Shown piece after piece: positions 9,942 to 19,011 of a stretch of 64,000 nucleotides of DNA. The position numbers were made by a program, and so were the translations under genes. This DNA comes from Candidatus Latescibacterota bacterium (GTDB lineage: Bacteria; Latescibacterota; UBA2968; UBA8231). The stretch's first letter is position 1, and each line of letters starts with the position of its first letter. Below the pieces are notes generated by a model. The model ran no database searches and was not told where the DNA came from. It saw nothing but the letters and a program-made list of their open reading frames with translations. The stretch spans positions 224,001 to 288,000 of the forward strand of contig CBDCXV010000011.1 of NCBI GenBank assembly GCA_965223905.1, in the 5' to 3' direction.

Positions 9942-10317
9942 CCAGGTCCGATTAGATTCTTCAGGTCTGGTCCCGGCAGCGGTAACCGACTGCGAATCGG
10001 GGCGCCTGCTCGTTCTCTGCTACATGAACGCCGAGGCCCTCGAGAAGACACTTGCAGAGGGCAGGGTGCACGTATTTCGGCGTTCCCGGGGAGAGGTGGT
10101 TCCCAAAGGAGTCGACTCGGGCCACGTGCAGGAGGTCGAGGAGATCCGTATCAACTGCGACAGCAACTCCCTTGAAATCAGGGTGCGTCAGAAGGTGGCG
10201 GCCTGCGCATACGGCTACTATTCCTGCTATTTCCGGCGTTGGGACGAGGGAATCCAGGGATGGGTTGTCGACGACGAGCAGGTTTTCGATCCAGACGAAG
10301 TCTACCGCAAGCGCTAG
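9922..10317 (+). CDS. hisI: Phosphoribosyl-AMP cyclohydrolase-like protein (atypical active site)
   Basis: GLVPA..TD..SG.LL.L.YMN.EAL..T, RSR...KG..SGH.Q and three conserved Cys; NCDSN and CAYG replace DCDxD and CHTG. Confidence 0.75.
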   Translation: MAMSLVDQVRLDSSGLVPAAVTDCESGRLLVLCYMNAEALEKTLAEGRVHVFRRSRGEVVPKGVDSGHVQEVEEIRINCDSNSLEIRVRQKVAACAYGYYSCYFRRWDEGIQGWVVDDEQVFDPDEVYRKR

Positions 10318-10588
10318 TTCCATCGCTTGGTGTCCGGGCAGGAACAAGGCACCGAAAGAGATGCGGGGTCGCACGAAAGAAACGGTTGGATTGAGCTGCG
10401 ATTTCCCCCTTCAACGCTGCTGCGTCCATCCGCGCCACATCGCGCGCACCAAAACCGTTGTCTTTCCGAATTCCCTTTGAGGAACCCCAATCGGGTGCCC
10501 AGGCTCCTGGTCGGTCTCCCGACAGGTCGGCGATAACCCCTCGTGGCCCCGGCGTCGCTCTGAGGCAACCACCGGCGGCCCCTATCTG

Positions 10589-11611
10589 GTGATCACTTCA
10601 TTCAAACGGCTGGCGCGCTACCTCCTCAGCCTGGGGCTCATGGGGATGTTCCTGTACTGGGCTTTCCGGGGGATCGACTCGCGGGCATTGTGGGAGTCGG
10701 TCAAGCTGATCTCCCCACCCTGGGTCGCCGTCATCGTCGCGACTACACTCGGCACCATCGCCCTGCGCGCCTGGCGCTGGATCGCGCTGATGCGTCCGTT
10801 CACACGCGAGGTCACCCTGCTGGACGCCTGCCTCGCCCTCCTTATCTGCTACGCCGGAAACACCGTCATTCCCCGCTCGGGGGAGGCTCTGCGAGCGCTG
10901 AGTCTCAACTGGAGACGCGGAGTCAGCATCGGCTCCGTTCTGGGAACGGTGGTCGTCGAACGCACCCTCGACATGTTCTGGCTGGTGTTCCTGATCGGAG
11001 CAACCATACTGCTGCTGCGCGGACAGAACGACAACACCTTTCCCTGGATGGAGCCGCTCGCGCTGCTGGCCTTGGCCGGTTGTATGGTGACCCTGATCCT
11101 GCTGGTAGCGGTTTCAGTGTACCGCGACAGGGCCGTCGCCCGCGTCCACACCATCCTCGACCGGCTGTCGCACCGGCTGGCGGAACGGGCTACCGGCTTC
11201 CTCGATACGTTCGTGCACGGGCTTCAGGCACTGCACGCCCGGTCTGCGTACACGGAAATCCTGATCGCTTCGCTGCTGCTGAATGCCGGGTACCTGCTGA
11301 TGATCTACCAGGCCTTCCTCGCCTTCGGATTCGACGAATCTCCCCATTTCCTGGGCATATTGGCCTCCTTCGTGGTCTCGGCGATCTCCTCGCTGGGGAT
11401 GGTCATGCCTACATCCGGGGGAATCGGATCATACCACTTCTTTTTCGCCGAAGCCTTGAACCTACTGTACTCGGTTCCACTGACCTCCGCCCTCGCATGC
11501 GCCACCGTCCTTCACGCCATTTCCACGGCGACGTACCTGGCTTTCGGGGGCCCAGGCTTCTTCATCCAGCGCCACCTGAGCAGGGACGACGCCCTTGGCC
11601 GCCGGAGTTAA
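10589..11611 (+). CDS. Lysylphosphatidylglycerol synthase TM / flippase-like (UPF0104) protein
   Basis: LRAWRW..L, N.VIPRSGEALRA, GTVVVERTLD, PTSGGIGSYH motifs. Confidence 0.88.
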   Translation: MITSFKRLARYLLSLGLMGMFLYWAFRGIDSRALWESVKLISPPWVAVIVATTLGTIALRAWRWIALMRPFTREVTLLDACLALLICYAGNTVIPRSGEALRALSLNWRRGVSIGSVLGTVVVERTLDMFWLVFLIGATILLLRGQNDNTFPWMEPLALLALAGCMVTLILLVAVSVYRDRAVARVHTILDRLSHRLAERATGFLDTFVHGLQALHARSAYTEILIASLLLNAGYLLMIYQAFLAFGFDESPHFLGILASFVVSAISSLGMVMPTSGGIGSYHFFFAEALNLLYSVPLTSALACATVLHAISTATYLAFGGPGFFIQRHLSRDDALGRRS

Positions 11612-11799
11612 TGCCGCCTGTCAGGTATTGAAGTTCACATCCCCCACCCGGGACGACCGGAGGACCTGTTCCGGGCGGCCAGGGAAATCGCCTGCGAACC
11701 TCACGCTCGCAGTTCTTGTTTCGGGAACTTCAGGTAGGGAGAGGAGACCCGTCCCGGGTTTCGGCTACAGAAGCGGGGAAGCGGAAGCCAGAGCGGTAA

Positions 11800-12645
11800 T
11801 CAGAAGACCCAGACGATAAGCATCGACCCGCCCACGTATCCGAACGCCTCCAGCAGTCCCGCTCCAGTCCTCGGAGTCTCCGCGGTCTGTTCCTTCGCGA
11901 GACTCACCCCTGGGGCGAGCAGCAGATCGGTCAGTTTCTTGATGATATAGAGAGCGACCAGGCCGAAGAGGACGTCCGCGGCGAACGTCTGCAGGCTCTC
12001 CCCCCACCCTGCGAAATCGCCGCCGACCGAGATGCTGACGATGTTCCCCATGCCGACCAGAACCCCGCCGAAAGCCAGGCCTACGGCGGCGTTGTCGCGC
12101 TCGATCTCGTCGTGGATGCTGTGCGGCGTGGTCCATTCGTACAGCAGTCCCGCCATCAGCAGAACGACCTGGGCAATTGCCCAGAACGCGATTCCGGTCA
12201 ACCAGGGTCCCGCCCCCTGCTGTATGGACAGAAGAATCAGCCCATTGGCGATATGTAATCCCGCCTCGACGAAAGCGGTCCCGAGGTTCTGGTCCTCGAC
12301 CACCTCTCGGGTGTTGTCGAAGTGGGGCAGCAGCAGCTTTTCGCAGATAAAGCTGGCGATCAGCATCATCACCACCGTCTGCAGACCGAAGAGGGCTATG
12401 GAGGTCAGGTCCGCCTGCCATCCTGCGGATGGACCGGTGAGCACCCCGCCTAGAGCAATTGAGATCCCGAGCAGGTACCCGGCGGTGGAAACCGCGAGGG
12501 CGCTGTTGGAGCGCCCGAAGATCTCATCCTTCAGGGAGACCCGCCGGTAGATGCGGGTATAGGCGAACTTGGCGATCCACATCAGCACGAATGCTTCGAG
12601 GACGTAGACCGCGGAGCGGGCCATGAAGCTCAGTTGTTCCGCCAT
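11800..12645 (-). CDS. DUF350 (YjfL-like) membrane protein, tandem domains
   Basis: About 8 TM; repeated motif E(I/V)...N.(A/G).(A/G): DEIFGRSNSALA, EVVEDQNLGTA, DEIERDNAAVG. Confidence 0.8.
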   Translation of the reverse strand: MAEQLSFMARSAVYVLEAFVLMWIAKFAYTRIYRRVSLKDEIFGRSNSALAVSTAGYLLGISIALGGVLTGPSAGWQADLTSIALFGLQTVVMMLIASFICEKLLLPHFDNTREVVEDQNLGTAFVEAGLHIANGLILLSIQQGAGPWLTGIAFWAIAQVVLLMAGLLYEWTTPHSIHDEIERDNAAVGLAFGGVLVGMGNIVSISVGGDFAGWGESLQTFAADVLFGLVALYIIKKLTDLLLAPGVSLAKEQTAETPRTGAGLLEAFGYVGGSMLIVWVF

Positions 12646-12720
12646 GCCGACCGTATCCTTCCCCGGCTGTCAGCCGAACCTCGGATTGTTCCGAGCCATA
12701 TCACTTGATTTCCGGACATT

Positions 12721-13419
12721 TCATTTTCCCCGGCCGAATCCACCTCGCATGGAGGCGCTCCGGGCACGCGTGCCGAAGCCGCGGCCCCCGGAGCTTACAC
12801 GCTGGCGGTAGCGATTGTAAAAATTGGGACGCGTCTTCTGCGTCACGCTTCCGCGTGTGCCGAAGGCCGACCGTCCCCCTTCCTTGGGGCCGAAGTACGG
12901 ACGCCCGCGCTCGTGGTTGCGCCGGTAGTTCTGATAGTCGCCCCGGCCGATGTTCCATCCCCCCAGCATCTGGCTCATGAAGGCGTACTGGCCGTAAAAC
13001 TGCCAGAATCCCCCGCCTCCCCAGTGTCCGTAGTGGGAATTGCCGACATACTGGTACCCCGGAGGATGAGCCTGCCTGACCCCGGTGGTCCGGCCGTCAG
13101 GGGATTTCGACGACACCACCATGCCCAGGTAATGCTCGTAGCGGGCGAAGGTCTCCTCGGGAACCTCCATCCACTCCGTGGTTTTCGGCTCGTACACGAG
13201 GGTGTCCCGCCCCGCGATCCGCTGTCCGGACGCGGTCAGCACTCTGAACCGGATGAAATAGTCGGGAAAGAACCCGTCTTCGACGCGCAGGTCGTCGACG
13301 ATGAGCGAGTATTCCGGGTAGCGGCCCAGATCCCGGATCAGGCTGTTCACCGGATCGGCAGACCTGCCGCAGCTGAAGATGCCGGCGAAACAGAGGGTCA
13401 CCCCTACGACCCGAAGCAA
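12721..13419 (-). CDS. Hypothetical lipoprotein with Gly/Tyr/Arg-rich tail (YjfM/DUF1190-like position)
   Basis: TTG 13419 gives signal MLRVVGVTLCFAGIFSC (lipobox); PPGYQYVGN..YG.W, FWQFYGQYAFM; ends RGGFGRGK. Start uncertain. Confidence 0.7.
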   Translation of the reverse strand: MLRVVGVTLCFAGIFSCGRSADPVNSLIRDLGRYPEYSLIVDDLRVEDGFFPDYFIRFRVLTASGQRIAGRDTLVYEPKTTEWMEVPEETFARYEHYLGMVVSSKSPDGRTTGVRQAHPPGYQYVGNSHYGHWGGGGFWQFYGQYAFMSQMLGGWNIGRGDYQNYRRNHERGRPYFGPKEGGRSAFGTRGSVTQKTRPNFYNRYRQRVSSGGRGFGTRARSASMRGGFGRGK

Positions 13420-13474
13420 GCCGCAGGCGCCGCGGTCCCGGCGTGGGGCCGCATCGGAAGCAATCGGGGTGGGA

Positions 13475-14029
13475 TCAGCCGGCAGGCAGGATGTTTGTGA
13501 ACTGGTACTCTTCGACATACTCACCTTCGTAGGCGAAAAAATCGCGGTCCCCGGACTGGACGACGTAGAGGACGCGCGCGCCCTCTCCTTCGTAGCTCCA
13601 ACTGACGAACTCCCGCGCCTCCGACGCTCCCGGGTCTCCCGTTGTCTCGACCATGGACCCGGACCCGGATTCAACCGCGGCGTACTTGCCGTCTTCGAAC
13701 CAGACCTGCTCAGGGGGTTCCCCTTCGTCTAGGATGGTCCCGGCGACATCCCCGTCGACATCGCGCAGGGGAATGCGCCGGGTCAGGGTCCACTCCACCT
13801 TGCCGTCCTCGGCAGCACGCTCGAGAAAGCGCACCTGATCACCGCTTGCAAGCTGCCACTCTTCCGTCTCCAGGCCATCGTAGTCGTACTCGGTAATCGA
13901 GGTTACCTCCCAGGTCTGGAGATCGTAGTCGACCAAAAAGCCGATCCTCATCTTGTCGAGGGTGTAGTCGACCAGCGGGTCGACCTCGGGCTCTTTGTCG
14001 CGGCGCCACAGCTTTTTGAAACTCACCAT
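13475..14029 (-). CDS. DUF4178-like acidic beta protein
   Basis: G..VDYDLQTWEV....YDYDG....EW.L pattern; located in the DUF350/SpeE cluster. Confidence 0.7.
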   Translation of the reverse strand: MVSFKKLWRRDKEPEVDPLVDYTLDKMRIGFLVDYDLQTWEVTSITEYDYDGLETEEWQLASGDQVRFLERAAEDGKVEWTLTRRIPLRDVDGDVAGTILDEGEPPEQVWFEDGKYAAVESGSGSMVETTGDPGASEAREFVSWSYEGEGARVLYVVQSGDRDFFAYEGEYVEEYQFTNILPAG

Positions 14030-14089
14030 ATCGATTCGACCAGAGGCACATTCCGGGGAAGGGATTCGAGCAGCGGGAACGTCCCGAAC

Positions 14090-15640
14090 CTACCAGCGAC
14101 CCCAGTCCTCCATATAGTACTGCGCCAGGAGAGGCCGGTCCAGGTGATTCGCCTCCACCTCTACCGGTCTCATGTCCGGCGGAAAAACCGTCATTGGCCG
14201 CAACATTTCCCGCCGCAGGTAGCTTGTCGGCACGGCCAGGGGTGCCTCCGTCAAGGGAGGAAGGGCATCCGCGGCGAGGAAAAAACCCCATTCCCCCAGG
14301 GACGGCACCGGCACGTGGTATGGAACGGCGCGCAACCCGGACTCGGCCAGGGTTTTTCCGATGCTCCAGAAGGTCTTCCTCGTGAAATACGGACTGGTCG
14401 CCTGCGTAACCAGCATCCCCCCCCGAGCCAGATGCCTGCGGAGAAGCCGGTACCCTTCGACCGAATACAGCTTGCTCAGCGAATCGAACCGGGGATCGGG
14501 CAGGTCGACGATGATGACCCCGTAGGGGATTTGCTCCTGCTGAATGAACAGGAAAGCGTCCTCGTTGAGGATGCGGACTTGGGAACGGTTCAGGGCATTG
14601 CGATTGAGATTCGTCATGCGCACGTCGCGACGGGCGAGGTTGGTCACAGCCTCGTCGATGTCGACGAGATCGACTTCTGCGACGTCGGGATACTTCAACA
14701 CCTCGCGTGCCGATAGGCCGTCCCCACCGCCGACGATCAACACCCTTTCCCGGCTGCTGGCCAGGGACATCGCGGGGTGGACGAGGGCCTCGTGATAGCG
14801 GTACTCGTCGGTGGATGAGAACTGCAGATGTCCGTCGAGAAACAGGCTGATCTCCCCCTTCCACTGCGTCAGCACCACCTTCTGATACGGGGATTGAACG
14901 CTGTAGACGATACGATCGCTGTATAGGTTGCTTTCCCAGCGCTCACGCAGTGCTTCCGCGCGCAGCAGAAGGCCCCCGAGCACTGCCGCGAACAGGACGG
15001 ATTGCAGTGCGAGCAAGCGCTTGCGCCTCCCGTTCAGGGCACCGCGGAAGGCGACCAGCAGGGCCACCCCGATACCGACGTTGATACCCCCGGTGACGAG
15101 CGCGGTGTCGAACGTCCCGAGAAGGGGCAGCAGCAGGTAGGGAAAGAGCAGGGCCGCGATCAGCGAGCCGAGGTAGTCGAGGGACAGCAGGTCCGCCAGC
15201 ACCTGCCTCAGGGTTCCGTACTGCCTCAGGATGCGCGCCAGCAGCGGCAACTCCAGTCCGACCATGCCCCCGATGGCCAGAATGAAGAGGATCATCCAGT
15301 AGCGATACTGCCCCGAATACGAGAAGACCGCGTACAAAGCCGGCACAGAACACCCTCCAGCCAGCCCGAGCCAGAGCTCAATCGATATGAACTTGGCCAG
15401 AAGGTCGCGCTCGCAAAGCCTTGAGGCCCAGGAACCTGCTCCCATTGCGGCCAGAAAGAAGCCGATCGTCAGCGAAAACTGTTCGACGCTGTCGCCGAGG
15501 AAGTAGGAAGAAATGGTCCCGATGAGCAGCTCGTAGATGATGGCGCACGCCGCGGCGGCGAAAATCGATGCCAGCAGCAGCGCGACGCCGAGGGTAGATG
15601 TGGCGCTTTCGGCGGATGGAGGGGGCGCCTCGTCAGGCAC
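14090..15640 (-). CDS. speE: Membrane-fused polyamine aminopropyltransferase
   Basis: About 7 N-terminal TM (IYELLIG..SSYFLGDS); LFLDGHLQFSSTDEYRYHEALVHP, VLIVGGGDG, IIVDLPDP. Confidence 0.92.
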   Translation of the reverse strand: MPDEAPPPSAESATSTLGVALLLASIFAAAACAIIYELLIGTISSYFLGDSVEQFSLTIGFFLAAMGAGSWASRLCERDLLAKFISIELWLGLAGGCSVPALYAVFSYSGQYRYWMILFILAIGGMVGLELPLLARILRQYGTLRQVLADLLSLDYLGSLIAALLFPYLLLPLLGTFDTALVTGGINVGIGVALLVAFRGALNGRRKRLLALQSVLFAAVLGGLLLRAEALRERWESNLYSDRIVYSVQSPYQKVVLTQWKGEISLFLDGHLQFSSTDEYRYHEALVHPAMSLASSRERVLIVGGGDGLSAREVLKYPDVAEVDLVDIDEAVTNLARRDVRMTNLNRNALNRSQVRILNEDAFLFIQQEQIPYGVIIVDLPDPRFDSLSKLYSVEGYRLLRRHLARGGMLVTQATSPYFTRKTFWSIGKTLAESGLRAVPYHVPVPSLGEWGFFLAADALPPLTEAPLAVPTSYLRREMLRPMTVFPPDMRPVEVEANHLDRPLLAQYYMEDWGRW

Positions 15641-17309
15641 GGGGCAACCCTTTCAGAGAGGTCTCGTAGGGGATATCGAGAAGATCGAGACACTCCTCGG
15701 CTGCGCGCATCCCGTGGAAGGCCGCCTCCTCAAACAGGGGAAGTCCGGACACGTCGCAGGTGGCGAAGCAGATGGCGCCGCAACGGAGCTTCCTGAGTTG
15801 AAGGTCTCTGCCCCACATGACGTTTGCTTCCGGCCTCACCATCGCGTGCCCCCACAGGTAGAGATCGAGGCGCTCGACGAGGTCCTCGAGTTCGGGGTGA
15901 GCAGGGGTCAGGTCGGACATCACAGCGTCTGCCCAGAACCTGTGGCCCCGGTGCAGCAGGGAGCGGCGGTCCTTTTCGGGATCGCGGGCGAACGGCCGGT
16001 AGTAGACCAGGGTCCTTCCACGTTGCGACACCGGTCCCTGATGGCCGGCGTCGAGGTAGCCGACGGAGGGCCCATCGAAAAGGACGTTGTCCCATGCCAT
16101 CCGTCCGGGTGACAGGTCGTCGGCACCAACCTTGTTAAGGTGCAGGGCAGCGACCAGCCAGGGAGAGTAACGCAACCGGGACATCGCACGGCGCTGCTCC
16201 GCAGGCATTTCCGGGACGACAAAAGGAGCCGTGTGCAGCTTGCCGGCATAGACGACGGAGCGGGAACGCACCCGGTAACTCCGGCCGGATACTACGTCGA
16301 CGCAGGCAAGCTCAGCCCCTTCGGAAGCGGGTCCGATCGCCACTACCGCGGTTTGGGTGCGTAGCTCTTCGGGCAGCAACCGCGTCGCCACCGCCTCCGT
16401 CAGGTAAGCGTTTCCCTGTTCCCAGGTCAGGGTGTCGCTGGGGTATTGGTCGGAGATCCGCGGGTCGTAGAGCCGGCAGGCGAAATAGTGGATCCCGGCC
16501 CAGGCCGAGACATCGCTGCTGAGACAGCCGTAATCATCCCGGCAACAGAAGTCCACCAGCCAGCGCAGCGGCGCGGCCGTCCACTTCCGGCTTTCCATGT
16601 AGTCGGCCATCGATATCCGGTCCAGATCACGGACCCCCGAATCCGCGGTGCTGTAGGCGGCCGGCATGGCGAAACCGCGGCGGCCGTCGCGGCCTGTCAT
16701 AATCGTCCAGCGCAACATCTCGTCCTCGAACTCGCGCCCCTGTTCCACCGCTTCGGAGCCGGCGTTGCGGAGCGGGTCGAGCCCTTCTTCCCAATCCCCT
16801 TCGAGGAAGAGCCGCTCGCGCGGGAATTTGACGAGGTGCTCCGGATTAACCCGCGGCCTTCCGGCGGCGTCGTACCCGGCAATGACCCCGATGTCGGCGA
16901 GCAGCTCGTGGATGCAGTCGGCTTCCGCAGGAGGGATGTTGATGTAGTGTGCTCCCCACGGAAAAACGCGGCCGTCGGTCGACCCGGACATCGAGGTTCC
17001 ACCGGTCCGGGGTTCGAGCTCGAACAGACATAGCCGGTCAACTCCCGCGGCCTTGAGCTTCCAGGCCGCGGCCAGTCCGGAGACACCGCCACCCACGATG
17101 GCGACATCGAGAACCGGCCCCGCGGCAGCGGGGAAATCCTCGGGTGCGTGGCGTGAGCGCAGCAGATGCCCGCGTTGCGCGGAGTGAGCGTTGGCGATCT
17201 CTCCGGGGATCCCGAAAGTGCGGTTTGGCCTGTCTCCGGCGCTTCCGCAGCCGAGGGCAATACCACCCGCCAAGGCCCGCAGGAAGGCTCTCCGCGTCAG
17301 AGGTCTCAT
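15633..17309 (-). CDS. Tat-exported FAD-dependent oxidoreductase (amine oxidase/NAD_binding_8 type)
   Basis: TRRAFL twin-arginine signal followed by LGC; DVAIVGGGVSGLAAA; PWGAHY; WGHAM; SGLPLFEEA..HG. Confidence 0.85.
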   Translation of the reverse strand: MRPLTRRAFLRALAGGIALGCGSAGDRPNRTFGIPGEIANAHSAQRGHLLRSRHAPEDFPAAAGPVLDVAIVGGGVSGLAAAWKLKAAGVDRLCLFELEPRTGGTSMSGSTDGRVFPWGAHYINIPPAEADCIHELLADIGVIAGYDAAGRPRVNPEHLVKFPRERLFLEGDWEEGLDPLRNAGSEAVEQGREFEDEMLRWTIMTGRDGRRGFAMPAAYSTADSGVRDLDRISMADYMESRKWTAAPLRWLVDFCCRDDYGCLSSDVSAWAGIHYFACRLYDPRISDQYPSDTLTWEQGNAYLTEAVATRLLPEELRTQTAVVAIGPASEGAELACVDVVSGRSYRVRSRSVVYAGKLHTAPFVVPEMPAEQRRAMSRLRYSPWLVAALHLNKVGADDLSPGRMAWDNVLFDGPSVGYLDAGHQGPVSQRGRTLVYYRPFARDPEKDRRSLLHRGHRFWADAVMSDLTPAHPELEDLVERLDLYLWGHAMVRPEANVMWGRDLQLRKLRCGAICFATCDVSGLPLFEEAAFHGMRAAEECLDLLDIPYETSLKGLPRA

Positions 17310-17431
17310 TTGAGATGGCGGAAACGACCGCTGGGCGGGAGGTCATCCCAATGCAAGGACGCCCGGCAGTGGAGAGAAACCCGCGATGTGAGAAGGGTGG
17401 GAGTAGGTCCTTCCGGTCCTTCCGGTCGGGG

Positions 17432-18139
17432 CTACGACATCCCCATCTTCGACTTGAGCTGGGCCAACGAGTCGTTGGCCTTGGAGGAGGACTCCCCGGC
17501 TAGAGCTTTGTCGATCTCGTCGTCGACTGAGCGCGAGGAATCGGCCATCTCTCCGTACGCTTCGGCCAGCGACTCCTGCTCGTCCACTTTTTCCTTCATG
17601 CGCTCGAGCAGGGCAACCGTGCCGCGGGAATCGACGTTTGCGAGTCTCTGGTTGATCTTCCGGGTCGCGTCCGCGGTCTTGGCCCGCGCTTTGAGCATGG
17701 TCAGGTCGTTTTCGTACGAGGCGAGCTTCGACTTCAGCTCGTTCACGTTGGCCTGGATCTTGTCGACCATTGCGTGCTGGGCCTGGGCCTGCCGGGTCGA
17801 CTCGAGGGCGCGGGTGGTTCCCTCCTCCTTGCGGGTGAGAGCCTCCGTGGCGAGACGCTCGGCATCGCCCATTTCCATGTCACCGGACTGCGCCTTCTGC
17901 AGCAGCAGCATCGCTTTGCGCTCGTAGTCGCCAGCGAGCCGTTTGGCGTCTTCGGCATCTTTGTCCATGCGAATGGCCAGAGCCTTGACTTCGGCCAGAC
18001 TCTTTAGGCTGTCGGCGAGATCCTTCTTGAGGTCCCTGATCGCCTGTTCGCTGATCTTGATCGGATCTTCGAGCTTGTCGACAAGGGCGTGCGCTTCGGC
18101 CTGTCCGGTTTTGAACAGACGTTGAAAAATACCCCCCAT
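17432..18139 (-). CDS. pspA: PspA/IM30 family protein
   Basis: Amphipathic MGGIFQRLFK, LVDKLEDP.K..EQAIRDL, long coiled coil, C-terminal LAQLKSKM; AAGGAG RBS. Confidence 0.92.
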   Translation of the reverse strand: MGGIFQRLFKTGQAEAHALVDKLEDPIKISEQAIRDLKKDLADSLKSLAEVKALAIRMDKDAEDAKRLAGDYERKAMLLLQKAQSGDMEMGDAERLATEALTRKEEGTTRALESTRQAQAQHAMVDKIQANVNELKSKLASYENDLTMLKARAKTADATRKINQRLANVDSRGTVALLERMKEKVDEQESLAEAYGEMADSSRSVDDEIDKALAGESSSKANDSLAQLKSKMGMS

Positions 18140-18165
18140 GAGTTACCTGCTCCTTCTCTATTGAT

Positions 18166-18582
18166 CTAGGTTTCGGACCCGGGCTGTTGCGCGAACCTCA
18201 GCAGCTCTTCCCCGTTCTCGGCAAGGCCGAGACTGAGGGCGTTGATGGTGGTTTCGAGCTCGTTGAGATCGAGAGTGTCGAGGGCGAGGGTGTTCCGGTA
18301 CAAGAAGGTATCAGCGACATCGTTGAGGACGAAGGCGCCAAACACGAGCTCGCGGTTCATCTGCAAAATTCGTCGGTAAACCTCCGCCCCCGCTTCGGTA
18401 TCGATTTTCATGATCAACTGTTCGAGCACGAGCACCGACTCTTCGCAGTCGATGACGAGGTTGTGAATACCGCGCTCGTGGTCGTTGATGATGACGATCT
18501 CCTCCTCGGGGATTTCCTCGTCGATCTCGAAACCCAGCTCGAGGACATAATCCTTGACCATTTCAAAGCGCTCCGACATCAA
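18166..18582 (-). CDS. YbjN/CesT-like chaperone-fold protein
   Basis: Small and acidic; LLQMN-type motif ILQMNRELVFGAFVL, FLYRNTL..DTLD.NEL; immediately upstream of pspA. Confidence 0.8.
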   Translation of the reverse strand: MMSERFEMVKDYVLELGFEIDEEIPEEEIVIINDHERGIHNLVIDCEESVLVLEQLIMKIDTEAGAEVYRRILQMNRELVFGAFVLNDVADTFLYRNTLALDTLDLNELETTINALSLGLAENGEELLRFAQQPGSET

Positions 18583-18947
18583 TGCTCCTTCTCCCGGTTT
18601 GACAACGCGGTTTCAAGCTCCCTGTAGGCCTTCGTGAGTCGCGCCGTCAGCTCGCCGGCCGTGCGGCGCTTCTCCTCGTCCCGGGCATGTCTGTCTGGGT
18701 GGTATTGCTTCATCATCCGGCGCCATGCGGCGCGCACGGTCTCCAGATCCGACCCGTACGGCAATTCGAGGTTTGCGTAGTACTCGGCCAGAGCCGGGTC
18801 GACATCTGGCCCGGACCCCGTACGCTCCCCCTTGGAATCGGTGTTGTCCCCGTCGAACCCTTCCGCTTCGAACCAGGGTGCCTGCCCGGGTTGGCGATCC
18901 TGAAGCCGCGAGCGGCCGATCTCAAAGAGGCGACGGAAAAGGTTCAT
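18579..18947 (-). CDS. Small J-domain (DnaJ-like) protein
   Basis: YYANLEL..GSDL..VR.AWR.MMKQYHPDRH with HPD motif; N-terminal amphipathic MNLFRRLFEI; ATGA overlap with the next gene. Confidence 0.88.
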   Translation of the reverse strand: MNLFRRLFEIGRSRLQDRQPGQAPWFEAEGFDGDNTDSKGERTGSGPDVDPALAEYYANLELPYGSDLETVRAAWRRMMKQYHPDRHARDEEKRRTAGELTARLTKAYRELETALSNREKEH

Positions 18948-19011
18948 GGCCCTCGGTGAGCACGGTTCGAATATAGAAGCGCGTGTTCCCCTGGTCCATA
19001 CGGAAACCGCG

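Noticed and set aside
17406-17427. Short tandem GGTCCTTCC x2.4 after the pspA stop
   Set aside because: Too short to distinguish from chance slippage; no functional context.
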